Sequence record: OZ035728.1
Reading direction: 5' to 3' (one strand)
Source: Phapecoctavirus 536P1
Length of the DNA: 64,000 nt
Shown piece after piece: positions 46,713 through 55,185 of this stretch (the stretch's first letter is position 1; the number at the start of each line of letters is the position of its first letter). The position numbers and the translations under genes are program-made. Under the pieces are notes generated by a model. That model saw nothing but the letters and a program-made list of their open reading frames with translations, was not told the DNA's origin and did no database searches.

Positions 46713-47851
46713 TGAAATACACTATTTTTGGAGATGTGGCTGTTGTAAATAAGGAATATGGTGTTGAAGCTAATAAACTTCCTGCTGGAGTTTGGGTTGT
46801 CAACTGCGATCCGCACGGTAACTACTCTTTAGTGCGTGGCGAAAGTTTCTCTCTTCCAAACACTCTTTATGGGGAAACTAAAGACCGCGCCGCACATGTT
46901 ATTAAAACATTTGCTCGTCGTAGCAAAGAAGGTAAAAATACTGGAGTGTTACTGACAGGGACAAAGGGCAGTGGTAAGACGATGTTAGCTAAACTGATTA
47001 GCATGTCCCTAATGTCCACAGAAGGTTTAGGTATTCCAACCATTTTGGTGACACAGCCTTACACAGATGCTGGATTCTTAGAATTTATGAGTAAAATTAC
47101 AGATCGTGCTGTTGTTTTATTTGACGAGTTTGATAAAGTGTACGCTAAGAAAGAAGATCAGGAAGCACTGTTGACCTTGTTGGATGGAACAGGAAGTGGA
47201 AATAAACTTTACATCCTCACTAAAAATAGCGGCTATATCTCGGAATATTTTGTAAACCGTCCTAGTCGTATCTATTACAGTTTCAATTACGATAAACTGT
47301 CTAGTGAAACTATGTTAGATTACTTGGATAAGAACTTGGTAAATAAAAAACACGTAGATAACTTCCAACGTTTATGGGATGTTAGCACAGAGTTGTCTTT
47401 CGATGTTATTCAAGGCATTGTAGAAGAATTGAATTTCTATCCAAAAATGACTTTTAAAGAATGCCTTGAAATGATGGGTATTTCTTTAGGCAATGATGCT
47501 AAATGGAATGTGGCTTCTATCGTAGCTAATGGCAAAACTCTGAAGGTGAATTGGATCAATAACTGGCACGACTTCACCCCTACTAAGTTTTTGTCGGGTG
47601 CTTGTTCCTTGAACATCTATCTGCAAAGCTTGAAAGATGATGAAGTTGAAGCAATGGAAACCAACAGTTATGTTATCCTGGATGAAGATGGTGATCCACA
47701 TATTGATCTATGTGCAACGACGGATGGTCTAACTTGTGATCTGATTGAAGGTGGTAAGATTCTGGTTATGAGCACCACACCAGGAAACACTCTGCGAGTG
47801 GTGCTGGAGCCTGTAACACAACGTTCCACCACACTAGGTAGCGTGTTCTAA
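46712..47851 (+). CDS. AAA+ family ATPase
   Basis: 379 aa; Walker A GTKGSGKT, Walker B VVLFDEFDK. Confidence 0.7.
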   Translation: MKYTIFGDVAVVNKEYGVEANKLPAGVWVVNCDPHGNYSLVRGESFSLPNTLYGETKDRAAHVIKTFARRSKEGKNTGVLLTGTKGSGKTMLAKLISMSLMSTEGLGIPTILVTQPYTDAGFLEFMSKITDRAVVLFDEFDKVYAKKEDQEALLTLLDGTGSGNKLYILTKNSGYISEYFVNRPSRIYYSFNYDKLSSETMLDYLDKNLVNKKHVDNFQRLWDVSTELSFDVIQGIVEELNFYPKMTFKECLEMMGISLGNDAKWNVASIVANGKTLKVNWINNWHDFTPTKFLSGACSLNIYLQSLKDDEVEAMETNSYVILDEDGDPHIDLCATTDGLTCDLIEGGKILVMSTTPGNTLRVVLEPVTQRSTTLGSVF

Positions 47852-47866
47852 TAAGGCTCCCTTATT

Positions 47867-47890
47867 AAACCCGCTTCGGCGGGTTTTGTT
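47867..47890 (+). terminator. intrinsic terminator
   Basis: AAACCCGC-TTCG-GCGGGTTT hairpin followed by TGTT after ATPase gene. Confidence 0.65.
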
Positions 47891-47928
47891 ATATTGATTT
47901 CAGTTTAATAGGAAGAGAATTGTTAGAT

Positions 47929-48921
47929 ATGCCAGTAAAGAAGAGTATTGAAACATATATGGAAGAATGTAAGCCGATAGCTGAGGCTAAAGGGATTACC
48001 ATTCTCGGCACGTATGGAGAAGATAAAGGTGTGCATACGAAGATGATCAATCGTTGTGAACATGGTCATGAATGGAACACTACAACCTTTAATAAATTTA
48101 AGTCTGGTCGTGGTTGCCCTGTTTGTAGGTATGAGAGAGCAGGACAAGCTAAAACTATTCCAGATGATCAGCACATACAAGATTTTATGAATACAGGCAA
48201 GTTTAAACCTGGGACTATCTTCACTAATACAGGAAAACGAGCTAAAGGAGGGCGCAATATTTTATGGTGTGTAGAGTGTCCTGTTTGTAGTGTTGATGAA
48301 TATGTTCAAGCGGGTGTCTGCAATGGTAAATTTTACTCTACAGGGAGTAGCCTTAAAAAAGGGCAAACCCCTTGCCGTTGTGCAACTAACTATCACCACA
48401 CAGAAGAACAGATCACCTACAGAACAAAGAAGGAAGTAGAGAGTAAAGGATACATTTGGATAGGATGGATCGGGAAACCTTTTGCACATGGTAAGTTTAA
48501 ATATGGATGTAAGGAGCACGGAGAGCAGATAGGACGTGCAAGGGATTTATTACACCAGGGTAGTGGTTGTCCTGGTTGCGCTGGCAAGAATCAACAACAG
48601 GCATACATTAACAACGTCTATGATGAACAAGGTGTTCTTTGTGCATTGAAGTTTGGCATTGCCAATAATAGCGATCAGCGTATTAAGATCCAGAACTACA
48701 ACAATGTGTTTACGATGAAACAAACCCAAGTGTGGCGCTTCCCTACTGTGAAGCAATGCAAAGATGCAGAAAAGCGTTGTAAGCGTGTCCTTCACACGGA
48801 AGCAGTGAGCAAATATTCTATGCCAGATGGCTACACAGAGACAGTGGAGTTATCTTGCATGGCATCAATACAAAATATTTATAAACTTTATGGTGGAACA
48901 TTACAGGAGGAAACATGTTAG
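47929..48921 (+). CDS. zinc-ribbon repeat protein (possible nucleic-acid-binding / endonuclease-like)
   Basis: 330 aa; three spaced CxxC-type clusters (GCPVC, ECPVC, GCPGC), each preceded by His-rich segment. Confidence 0.5.
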   Translation: MPVKKSIETYMEECKPIAEAKGITILGTYGEDKGVHTKMINRCEHGHEWNTTTFNKFKSGRGCPVCRYERAGQAKTIPDDQHIQDFMNTGKFKPGTIFTNTGKRAKGGRNILWCVECPVCSVDEYVQAGVCNGKFYSTGSSLKKGQTPCRCATNYHHTEEQITYRTKKEVESKGYIWIGWIGKPFAHGKFKYGCKEHGEQIGRARDLLHQGSGCPGCAGKNQQQAYINNVYDEQGVLCALKFGIANNSDQRIKIQNYNNVFTMKQTQVWRFPTVKQCKDAEKRCKRVLHTEAVSKYSMPDGYTETVELSCMASIQNIYKLYGGTLQEETC

Positions 48922-49280
48922 TTGACGTTCAAATTATGCGCAACGAAAGAATGGACTTCTTTGAAGCAGTAGAGAAACATCTGATCCGATGGGACTATGA
49001 ATTTGTTCCTGCTGGATGTGGACCAGTAGAGCATTTAGCGGAAGACGACGATGTATACATGATCATTCGTCAAGCGTACCAGACAGACCAGTGTGAAGAA
49101 ACTCCCGAACTGATTTTGTTTGAGTGTAAAGATCTTGCAAAATATTTTGACTATGGTGGAAAAGAGGGTCATAATCTCTCCAGATACAATAAACGTCTAC
49201 TTATCTTAGACTACATGCGGAACAACAAACACAAACTCATCGACGCAGACGCAGTTTATGGCTACTGGTGGATGGACTAA
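48915..49280 (+). CDS. hypothetical acidic protein
   Basis: 121 aa; SD AGGAGG. Confidence 0.55.
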   Translation: MLVDVQIMRNERMDFFEAVEKHLIRWDYEFVPAGCGPVEHLAEDDDVYMIIRQAYQTDQCEETPELILFECKDLAKYFDYGGKEGHNLSRYNKRLLILDYMRNNKHKLIDADAVYGYWWMD

Positions 49281-49293
49281 CAAAGGAGAAACT

Positions 49294-49473
49294 ATGGCAC
49301 GTTTAGCAGACCATGAAATCTTTAAACCTATTCTGAACCACTATGATGAACTTAAGGCAGTGTTGGATTGTTATAGAGAGGATGAAGAACGTTTGGAAGT
49401 GAATCTTAAGATAGTTCTGATGAAAGCTTTTCAAGACGGGCAAGCTGAAGTCTTAGGAGGCATGAAAAAATGA
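49294..49473 (+). CDS. hypothetical small protein
   Basis: 59 aa from ATG after SD AAGGAG. Confidence 0.45.
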   Translation: MARLADHEIFKPILNHYDELKAVLDCYREDEERLEVNLKIVLMKAFQDGQAEVLGGMKK

Positions 49474-50012
49474 GAATAACTGATGAATATGTATTCTTCT
49501 TTTCACATAAAGATGTGTTTAGTAATTGGTATATTGCACCCTTTACAGAAACCGAACCAGGTTACAATCAGACATTTAATTGTGTCGAACAATACATGAT
49601 GTGGCGTAAAGCTTTGCTTTTTAATGACCACAACACGGCACAGGCTATTCTGACTCATAGTTTGATACGAAAAGATGAGAAGATCCAAGCTTATTACAAA
49701 CGTATGGGTAGGGCAGTGTCGGATTTTGATAACAACGTATGGGAAGAGAACCGTGAGCGTATTGTTATGCGAGGTTTATGTTTGAAATATGTACAGAATC
49801 CAGATTTGTATGCAGACTTACACCTTTACCAATACAAAACGTTTGTTGAAGCAAGCCCTTACGATAAGGTTTACGGAATTGGAATGGGGATGTATGAACC
49901 AGGGGTGCTAAACCCTGCTACCTGGAAAGGGCAGAATCTTTTAGGCAAATATCATAATAAACTGATCGAAATACTTTTCCCAGACAAAATACCGCAAAGA
50001 CGATATTTGTGA
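49470..50012 (+). CDS. NADAR-domain protein (YbiA-like N-glycosidase family)
   Basis: 180 aa; FFFSHKDVFSNWY and EQYMMWRKALLF blocks parallel E. coli YbiA FYS...FSNF and EHYFQAxKF; SD AGGAGG. Confidence 0.65.
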   Translation: MRITDEYVFFFSHKDVFSNWYIAPFTETEPGYNQTFNCVEQYMMWRKALLFNDHNTAQAILTHSLIRKDEKIQAYYKRMGRAVSDFDNNVWEENRERIVMRGLCLKYVQNPDLYADLHLYQYKTFVEASPYDKVYGIGMGMYEPGVLNPATWKGQNLLGKYHNKLIEILFPDKIPQRRYL

Positions 50013-50066
50013 TATTTTAACTTTTTTCATTTTTAGAACAAAGGTGTCACTTTGTAGCACAGAAAT

Positions 50067-50103
50067 AAGGCTCCTACAGCACCGTAGAGAGCCTATTATT
50101 TTG
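50067..50103 (+). terminator. probable intrinsic terminator after NADAR gene
   Basis: imperfect GGCTCCTAC...GTAGAGAGCC hairpin followed by TATTATTTTG. Confidence 0.45.
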
Positions 50104-50255
50104 TCCTATACAAACACTTGTCTTTTTCAGTTGGCATTGCTAGGATTCGATCTGGGTGGGTTCCTGAAGGTCTACCAATAAGATTAAAGGTTATCTCAAA
50201 TTCCCACTACCTGTTATCTCAAAAATCCCTCAAATTATTTAAACTTTTTAAGAAT

Positions 50256-50302
50256 TTACAAAAGTGAAAGTTGAAAACCAAAATTTAAAGTTTAGGAAAA
50301 TT
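50256..50302. repeat. 47-bp A-rich direct repeat, copy 1
   Basis: TTACAAAAGTGAAAGTTGAAAACCAAAATTTAAAGTTTAGGAAAATT; about 42/47 identical to copy 2. Confidence 0.6.
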
Positions 50303-50393
50303 ATCTTAAAATGTTAGATACAAAACAAAACTCAAAAGTCAAGGAAAATTTTAAAAATTTTGCGCGCCCACAGTATTTAAAGTTTTTTTGCTT

Positions 50394-50440
50394 TTACAAA
50401 AATGAAAGTACAAAAGCAAAATTTAAAGTTTACAAAAATT
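50394..50440. repeat. 47-bp A-rich direct repeat, copy 2
   Basis: TTACAAAAATGAAAGTACAAAAGCAAAATTTAAAGTTTACAAAAATT. Confidence 0.6.
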
Positions 50441-50455
50441 TTTATGCAGGTGAGA

Positions 50456-50472
50456 ATGAGAAGAGTTCTCAT
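50456..50472. promoter_or_regulatory. perfect palindrome ATGAGAAGAGTTCTCAT (operator-like)
   Basis: 7-bp arms around GAG; shares TTCTCAT half-site with Fur-box-like sites. Confidence 0.4.
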
Positions 50473-50480
50473 GTGGAAAT

Positions 50481-50503
50481 GCAAATGATAATGATTCGCA
50501 TTT
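50481..50503. promoter_or_regulatory. Fur-box-like site (weaker)
   Basis: AAATGATAATGATTCGCATTT; shares TGATAAT core with Fur consensus GATAATGATAATCATTATC. Confidence 0.3.
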
Positions 50504-50540
50504 AAGTTTATAAATGAGATTGATTCTTATTCAATAAGGT

Positions 50541-50569
50541 AAATGATAATCATTCTCATTTAGAGAATG
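50541..50569. promoter_or_regulatory. Fur-box-like palindromic operator
   Basis: TGATAATCATTCTC matches Fur consensus core TGATAATCATTATC at 13/14; continues into palindrome TCATTCTCATTTAGAGAATGA. Confidence 0.45.
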
Positions 50570-50819
50570 ACGCGCAGGGGTGGTGTTTATCTCGCGCTCC
50601 CGTGTCCCCTCGCCATGTAATAAGAATAACAGATCCAGCCAGGAAAGCAAGCGATTATTTTTATCTTTACATTTCTTTACAAATTTATTTTAGACGAGCT
50701 ACCGGCGATCAACCTTCCAACCAGCGCCCTGGTATGTTAGCCCCGCCTTTACGCCGTGGGGTGGCGCTTCCTCTTCTGTATGTAAAACAGTATAAGCCCG
50801 ATCCCTGGGCTTGTCAAGA

Positions 50820-51086
50820 TTATTTTTTGTTTTCTTGCCAGGATAGGACACCTAACCAAAAATGCATATCGCCCCGCGCCCCTGGTGGGATCTTGCTTTC
50901 CCCGCCGCCACTGCAAGCCCATAAATAACCATCAGCGAACGGATCAAAGTTTTCTATTTCTTCCACCTTATGATCGCCCAGGTTGAGAACTGTTTCAGCC
51001 TTTAAGCCCGTTGCGCTTGCTACCTGGTGCACCGTGCCGCCTTGCCAGCCCAATGAGTGCATAAGGTGTAATGTAGTATTTGTCAT
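50820..51086 (-). CDS. hypothetical protein in GC-rich island
   Basis: 88-aa ORF with GC-rich codon usage unlike surrounding genes; weak SD. Confidence 0.35.
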   Translation of the reverse strand: MTNTTLHLMHSLGWQGGTVHQVASATGLKAETVLNLGDHKVEEIENFDPFADGYLWACSGGGESKIPPGARGDMHFWLGVLSWQENKK

Positions 51087-51195
51087 GGTGTCGCCCTTTC
51101 TTTGTTGTGCGCCCTGGTTGGCGCGGTAGAAAGATGATAGCCTTTTCCTTTATATATAGCAAGCAAAAAGAAAATAAAAAAGATTGAAAAAGTGG

Positions 51196-51224
51196 TTGAC
51201 GTTCCTCACCTGGTAGCGTAGTAT
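51196..51224 (+). promoter_or_regulatory. sigma70-like promoter (TTGACG-N17-TAGTAT) heading the cassette array
   Basis: hexamers about 135 nt upstream of ATG 51360. Confidence 0.45.
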
Positions 51225-51359
51225 TCATCTTGTCGAGGGGGGCGAGGCACAACGACAATAAACAACAGGAGGGCGCAATGTAGGACGGGCAAAGGTGAGG
51301 ATCTCCATAATCCACCGTCAACCAACAAAAAACATCATTCATCACCTGGAGTTAAAATC

Positions 51360-51557
51360 ATGGCAACATTGCACATTGTGGCGAAAGCTGGACAAATCAA
51401 CGTAATAGTAAACGGTTTTACTGAGTTCAGTCATCCCCAGGATGATCATGAAACGGTTTTATCTTTCATTGATTCCCTGTTAGAAATGGGAGTCATTACA
51501 GAAGACCAGCACGCTACAAAATGCAAGCGCGTTAATCAAATTGCAGGAATAGAATAA
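51360..51557 (+). CDS. hypothetical small protein
   Basis: 65 aa; first ORF of array. Confidence 0.55.
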   Translation: MATLHIVAKAGQINVIVNGFTEFSHPQDDHETVLSFIDSLLEMGVITEDQHATKCKRVNQIAGIE

Positions 51558-51563
51558 AAACTA

Positions 51564-51626
51564 TTGACAACAAACAACAACCTGATAAGATGTGTCACAT
51601 AGGGCGGCGGAATGGTCCAGCCGCTC
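51564..51626 (+). promoter_or_regulatory. promoter-hairpin cassette A
   Basis: TTGACA-N16-TGaTAAGAT then GGGCGGCGGAATGGTCCAGCCGCTC stem-loop starting about 3 nt after predicted +1. Confidence 0.6.
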
Positions 51627-51649
51627 ACAACAGAAGAGAGATTATAATC

Positions 51650-51922
51650 ATGGCATCATATAGCGCAACAATGATCGTAGCTGGCACCACTGGTAAACCT
51701 ATGAGCGGTGGCGGATCTTTCGCAAATATCAACATTGACGGGCGTTTATCCCTGGACGCAGCGATCACCGTGGCGCGGGAAACATTTAAGAAAGAATGTA
51801 AATTCAATAAACAAGATTATCTCGGTTTTGCTATTGAAAAAACCGCGCGCTTTGTTGATTATAAAAGCCCGAAAATGGTTGATACTACACTAAAAGCGCA
51901 AGATGTAGCGTTTTTGCTTTAA
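51650..51922 (+). CDS. hypothetical small protein
   Basis: 90 aa from ATG after purine-rich leader AGAAGAGAG. Confidence 0.6.
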   Translation: MASYSATMIVAGTTGKPMSGGGSFANINIDGRLSLDAAITVARETFKKECKFNKQDYLGFAIEKTARFVDYKSPKMVDTTLKAQDVAFLL

Positions 51923-51925
51923 GGC

Positions 51926-51980
51926 TTGACATTAACGAATAATTTGTTAATATGTTACATAAAGCGGGAATAGTTCCCGC
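51926..51980 (+). promoter_or_regulatory. promoter-hairpin cassette B
   Basis: TTGACA-N16-TAATAT then GCGGGAA-TAG-TTCCCGC. Confidence 0.6.
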
Positions 51981-51998
51981 TATTTGTAAGGTGGTAGA

Positions 51999-52256
51999 AT
52001 GTTTTACATCAAATTAAAAGGTCACGTGATCGCGTTCAAAGATAACGCTTTTTACAGATTAGCAAAATATGCGTTAATACATCCCCACTATGTTTATATA
52101 AGGGGGCGTGATGAAATAAATATCTTTGATCAAACAACATGCGAGAACATCGAGATCCGCAAGGTTGGCGTACGTGATTATCGTACATCTTTCTACCCTT
52201 GCAAGGATTCAGCAAGTCTTTTTAAAGTATGCCAATTGTTGAAAAAAGGTGGTTAA
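51999..52256 (+). CDS. hypothetical small protein
   Basis: 85 aa. Confidence 0.6.
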   Translation: MFYIKLKGHVIAFKDNAFYRLAKYALIHPHYVYIRGRDEINIFDQTTCENIEIRKVGVRDYRTSFYPCKDSASLFKVCQLLKKGG

Positions 52257-52257
52257 T

Positions 52258-52815
52258 ATGGGCCGCGAATATGTGATCCAGTCTTGGGTAAAACATGAAG
52301 CAGATGATCCGCGCATCATTCCCGATCATCTTATCGATGAATCCACGGGATATAGCGGTGAGCAAATAGGTAACAGATTAGCACGTAGTAACGGCAACGT
52401 AAAAGCGCGTTATGTGCGCCCTGGCTGGCTGGCAAATGGTAACGCTGATTTATCCAGTGCGGAAGATGCGAGCGACGGCGCGAAAGATAATCCTTTGTAC
52501 AAAATTGATCCGGCTTTTCGTGTCCTGGATGAATACCCCAGCAAGATAGCGGCGCTCGATCAGGCCCTGGAAAGTAAGCGCATCACCTGGACCGCTTACA
52601 ACATGGCAAAAAACGTACTTGATGGTAAATTGATTCAAGCTGAAAGGAAATTAGCCAAAATTGCAGCCATAGCCCAGGAGGAAGACGAGGAGACAACGGA
52701 AGAGGAAGAGTACGAAGAGATCCCGCCGTTGTTGTGTGTTGATGCTTTTCCTGATTATCAGCCGACAGAGGAAGAAAAAAGGATTGCACTAGAAAACTTT
52801 GAAAATAGTCTTTGA
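52258..52815 (+). CDS. hypothetical protein with acidic C-terminus
   Basis: 185 aa from ATG after SD AGGTGG. Confidence 0.6.
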   Translation: MGREYVIQSWVKHEADDPRIIPDHLIDESTGYSGEQIGNRLARSNGNVKARYVRPGWLANGNADLSSAEDASDGAKDNPLYKIDPAFRVLDEYPSKIAALDQALESKRITWTAYNMAKNVLDGKLIQAERKLAKIAAIAQEEDEETTEEEEYEEIPPLLCVDAFPDYQPTEEEKRIALENFENSL

Positions 52816-52869
52816 CATATCGCCGCCACTGGCATAATATTTACCACGTAGGGCGGCAATGGTGCCGCT
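52812..52869 (+). promoter_or_regulatory. promoter-hairpin cassette C
   Basis: TTGACA-N17-TAATAT then GGCGGCA-ATGG-TGCCGCT. Confidence 0.6.
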
Positions 52870-52897
52870 CATAGTGAAATTATGCAAGAGGTTTACA

Positions 52898-52993
52898 ATG
52901 ATTAATAAAGAAAATAGCTTGACGGTTGGAACGATTAACGCTATCATTTTCGCCGTTCCATTTTGGGTTGTAGTAGCGGCTATTATTTTCTAA
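52898..52993 (+). CDS. small hydrophobic peptide (31 aa)
   Basis: SD AGAGG; single predicted TM helix. Confidence 0.4.
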   Translation: MINKENSLTVGTINAIIFAVPFWVVVAAIIF

Positions 52994-53002
52994 AAAATAT
53001 TC

Positions 53003-53063
53003 TTGACAACGTTTTTTAATCTGATAAGATGTGTCACATAGGGCGGCGGAATACTTCCCCGCC
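53003..53063 (+). promoter_or_regulatory. promoter-hairpin cassette D
   Basis: TTGACA-N16-TGaTAAGAT then GGCGGCGGAATACTTCCCCGCC. Confidence 0.6.
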
Positions 53064-53084
53064 AAAACAAAAAAGGGTAACACA

Positions 53085-53447
53085 ATGAGCAAGCAAATCA
53101 ATACTATCATGTTTAATCTGGTATCTTTCCGCGATGATATGAAAAATTTACCACGTGAAACGGTTGATATTCATGTTTCAGCTTATCGCGCCCTTATTGA
53201 TATGTTACCGCTAAAACGTGATCAACATGCCGCTAATATGATGCTTAATGCTATGCTTAAAAAGATGATTCAAACGGATCTCACCCTGGCGTATGAGTAT
53301 CAAGGGCGCTTATATGCAACTTACAACAAGGCGGTACCTGGTCTGGGAAGTACCGAAGAGTTGCACGGCTTAAACCTGGATCAAAACACTTGGGATAGTA
53401 TGCGCCGCGTTATGATATGGGCCGAAAGCGGTAAAATTTACGAATAA
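53085..53447 (+). CDS. hypothetical protein
   Basis: 120 aa from ATG after leader AAAAAAGGG. Confidence 0.6.
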   Translation: MSKQINTIMFNLVSFRDDMKNLPRETVDIHVSAYRALIDMLPLKRDQHAANMMLNAMLKKMIQTDLTLAYEYQGRLYATYNKAVPGLGSTEELHGLNLDQNTWDSMRRVMIWAESGKIYE

Positions 53448-53452
53448 AAACG

Positions 53453-53512
53453 GTTGACACTGTTTAAACTTCTGGTATAGTTTACCACATAGGGCGGGAA
53501 GTGGTTTCCCGC
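53453..53512 (+). promoter_or_regulatory. promoter-hairpin cassette E
   Basis: TTGACA-N16-TGgTATAGT then GGCGGGAA-GTGG-TTTCCCGCC. Confidence 0.6.
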
Positions 53513-53535
53513 CAACAATGAAAAAGGTTATCATC

Positions 53536-53901
53536 ATGGCTATTAATATTAATGTTTCCGCTTATGCTACCCTGGCTAACACGGCTAAAATTGAATTATC
53601 CAGCATTGAGGCGGTGCATATTAGCGCCCGTCGCTGGTTTCAACGGTCCTACGGTAACACATATTTTTCTTTAATGGTTGACGTTGAGATCGGCGGTAAA
53701 CTGATCGAGGTGGTTAACGTTCCGTTTCAATATGGCTATGGTGATCATTTTGATACCGTCGCCCTGGAAGAGTTTAGCAAGGTTATCAACCTGGAAGGTA
53801 AAGAGTTTTCAAATTATGCCTACCTTTCCCGTTTTTGCCGTGACAATGGGATCACTGTATACAGTCATGCAAGCGATGTTAAACGTAAAAAAGATCTATA
53901 A
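53536..53901 (+). CDS. hypothetical protein
   Basis: 121 aa from ATG after AAAAAGG leader. Confidence 0.55.
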   Translation: MAININVSAYATLANTAKIELSSIEAVHISARRWFQRSYGNTYFSLMVDVEIGGKLIEVVNVPFQYGYGDHFDTVALEEFSKVINLEGKEFSNYAYLSRFCRDNGITVYSHASDVKRKKDL

Positions 53902-53907
53902 AAAGCA

Positions 53908-53969
53908 TTGACAGCACGAATAAAAAGAGTAAACTGTATTACATAGAGAGCGGGAATACTTCCCGCCTC
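53908..53969 (+). promoter_or_regulatory. promoter-hairpin cassette F
   Basis: TTGACA-N16-TAAACT then GCGGGAA-TAC-TTCCCGC. Confidence 0.55.
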
Positions 53970-53990
53970 ACTGAAAAAGAGATTAATATC

Positions 53991-54230
53991 ATGGCTAAAT
54001 CAAAAATGTTCTTAGGTCACAAAAATAAAACCCATTGGAATGTAAGCCTCTGGATTAATAACGATGAATCATTATATCGGTTGGCGAAAGAATTTATCGC
54101 CGCTAATACTAATCGTAATGATGCTGCGCGGGATATGATGCTTTTTCTGGAACAAACTGGACAAGATAAAACGCCAGACGGTTTCAAATATAGCACTACT
54201 GCGATCCGTGCCGCGATGGTTGGAATGTAA
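53991..54230 (+). CDS. hypothetical small protein
   Basis: 79 aa. Confidence 0.6.
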   Translation: MAKSKMFLGHKNKTHWNVSLWINNDESLYRLAKEFIAANTNRNDAARDMMLFLEQTGQDKTPDGFKYSTTAIRAAMVGM

Positions 54231-54239
54231 TAAAAACAG

Positions 54240-54299
54240 TTGACAACGTTTAAAATTAGTGTAAGATGTATCATATAGGGCGGGAAGTGGTTTCCCGCC
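54240..54299 (+). promoter_or_regulatory. promoter-hairpin cassette G
   Basis: TTGACA-N16-TGTAAGAT then GGCGGGAA-GTGG-TTTCCCGCC. Confidence 0.6.
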
Positions 54300-54320
54300 A
54301 AAACAGAGAGATTAAAGATT

Positions 54321-54548
54321 ATGGCTATCAATATTGTTCGCGTATCCGGCACCGTTGGCACTTCCCAGGTTATTGCAGTTGTAACAAACAAAAAGATTAA
54401 TGATGTATGTGAGATCTTGAATAAGTGGGCTGTTGCTAATTTTGGGGAATATGCAAGCGTCGAGTACATCGAATCCTACCAGGTGCCAACCATCAGCCTA
54501 ACCGATCTCAACGTTGATCGCCTGTTATGCCTGGATGAATTAATCTGA
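54321..54548 (+). CDS. hypothetical small protein
   Basis: 75 aa. Confidence 0.6.
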   Translation: MAINIVRVSGTVGTSQVIAVVTNKKINDVCEILNKWAVANFGEYASVEYIESYQVPTISLTDLNVDRLLCLDELI

Positions 54549-54557
54549 AAAAGATTG

Positions 54558-54620
54558 TTGACACGGGAAAGAAAAAGAGTAAACTGTATTACATCAAGGC
54601 GGCGGAATGGTCCACCGCCT
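54558..54620 (+). promoter_or_regulatory. promoter-hairpin cassette H
   Basis: TTGACA-N16-TAAACT then GGCGGCGGAATGGTCCACCGCC. Confidence 0.55.
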
Positions 54621-54643
54621 AACAAAGAGAAGAGGAAAACACC

Positions 54644-54811
54644 ATGATCACTTTCGCTACCCGTGAAGCCGCTCGCAATGTTGCCCGTAAAGTTAACGCC
54701 GCCAACCTGGGTGCTACGTTTAAAGCACCTGTAAAAGATGAATCAGGAAAATGGATCTTCCCTGGTCTGCGTCACGCTGATAAGCTAGGCACTTTAAGCC
54801 TTAAAAAATAA
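54644..54811 (+). CDS. hypothetical small protein (55 aa), N-terminus MITFA shared with next gene
   Basis: SD-like AGAGAAGAGG leader. Confidence 0.45.
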   Translation: MITFATREAARNVARKVNAANLGATFKAPVKDESGKWIFPGLRHADKLGTLSLKK

Positions 54812-54814
54812 TCG

Positions 54815-54854
54815 TTGACTTTTCGTTATAGCGCCCATCATAAGGCGCTATAGA
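54815..54854 (+). promoter_or_regulatory. atypical cassette I (TTGACT then ATAGCGCC-loop-GGCGCTAT palindrome)
   Basis: -35-like hexamer but hairpin sits where -10 is expected; different stem sequence. Confidence 0.35.
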
Positions 54855-54885
54855 GAAGAGAAACCACTACTAACAAGGAAACATC

Positions 54886-55107
54886 ATGATCACTTTCGCT
54901 ATTGTCGCCGTTGTTGCTGGTCAGGTTTACATAAACGATACATTCACCACAGAAGACAAGGCCGCAGGAGACATAACCGCCGTTTACAATGAGTGCAAGG
55001 CAGTAGAAAGGATGTTAGCGCCTTGTATGCTAATGAGTGAACGCCAGGACGGGATAACAGTATTTACTAACATTGAAACAGGGTACCAAATGGTAGTAAC
55101 AAAATAA
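54886..55107 (+). CDS. hypothetical small protein
   Basis: 73 aa. Confidence 0.55.
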   Translation: MITFAIVAVVAGQVYINDTFTTEDKAAGDITAVYNECKAVERMLAPCMLMSERQDGITVFTNIETGYQMVVTK

Positions 55108-55110
55108 AGC

Positions 55111-55167
55111 TTGACACGGATTTAATTTTCAGTAAACTGTTACACGTAGGGCGGGAATAGTTCCCGC
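55111..55167 (+). promoter_or_regulatory. promoter-hairpin cassette J
   Basis: TTGACA-N16-TAAACT then GCGGGAA-TAG-TTCCCGC. Confidence 0.6.
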
Positions 55168-55185
55168 TAAAAAGAGAGAAAGACC

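Noticed and set aside
50602-50928. 108-aa plus-strand ORF in the GC-rich island
   Set aside because: Pro/Arg-rich low-complexity translation typical of a GC-rich non-coding frame; overlaps the more protein-like minus-strand ORF.
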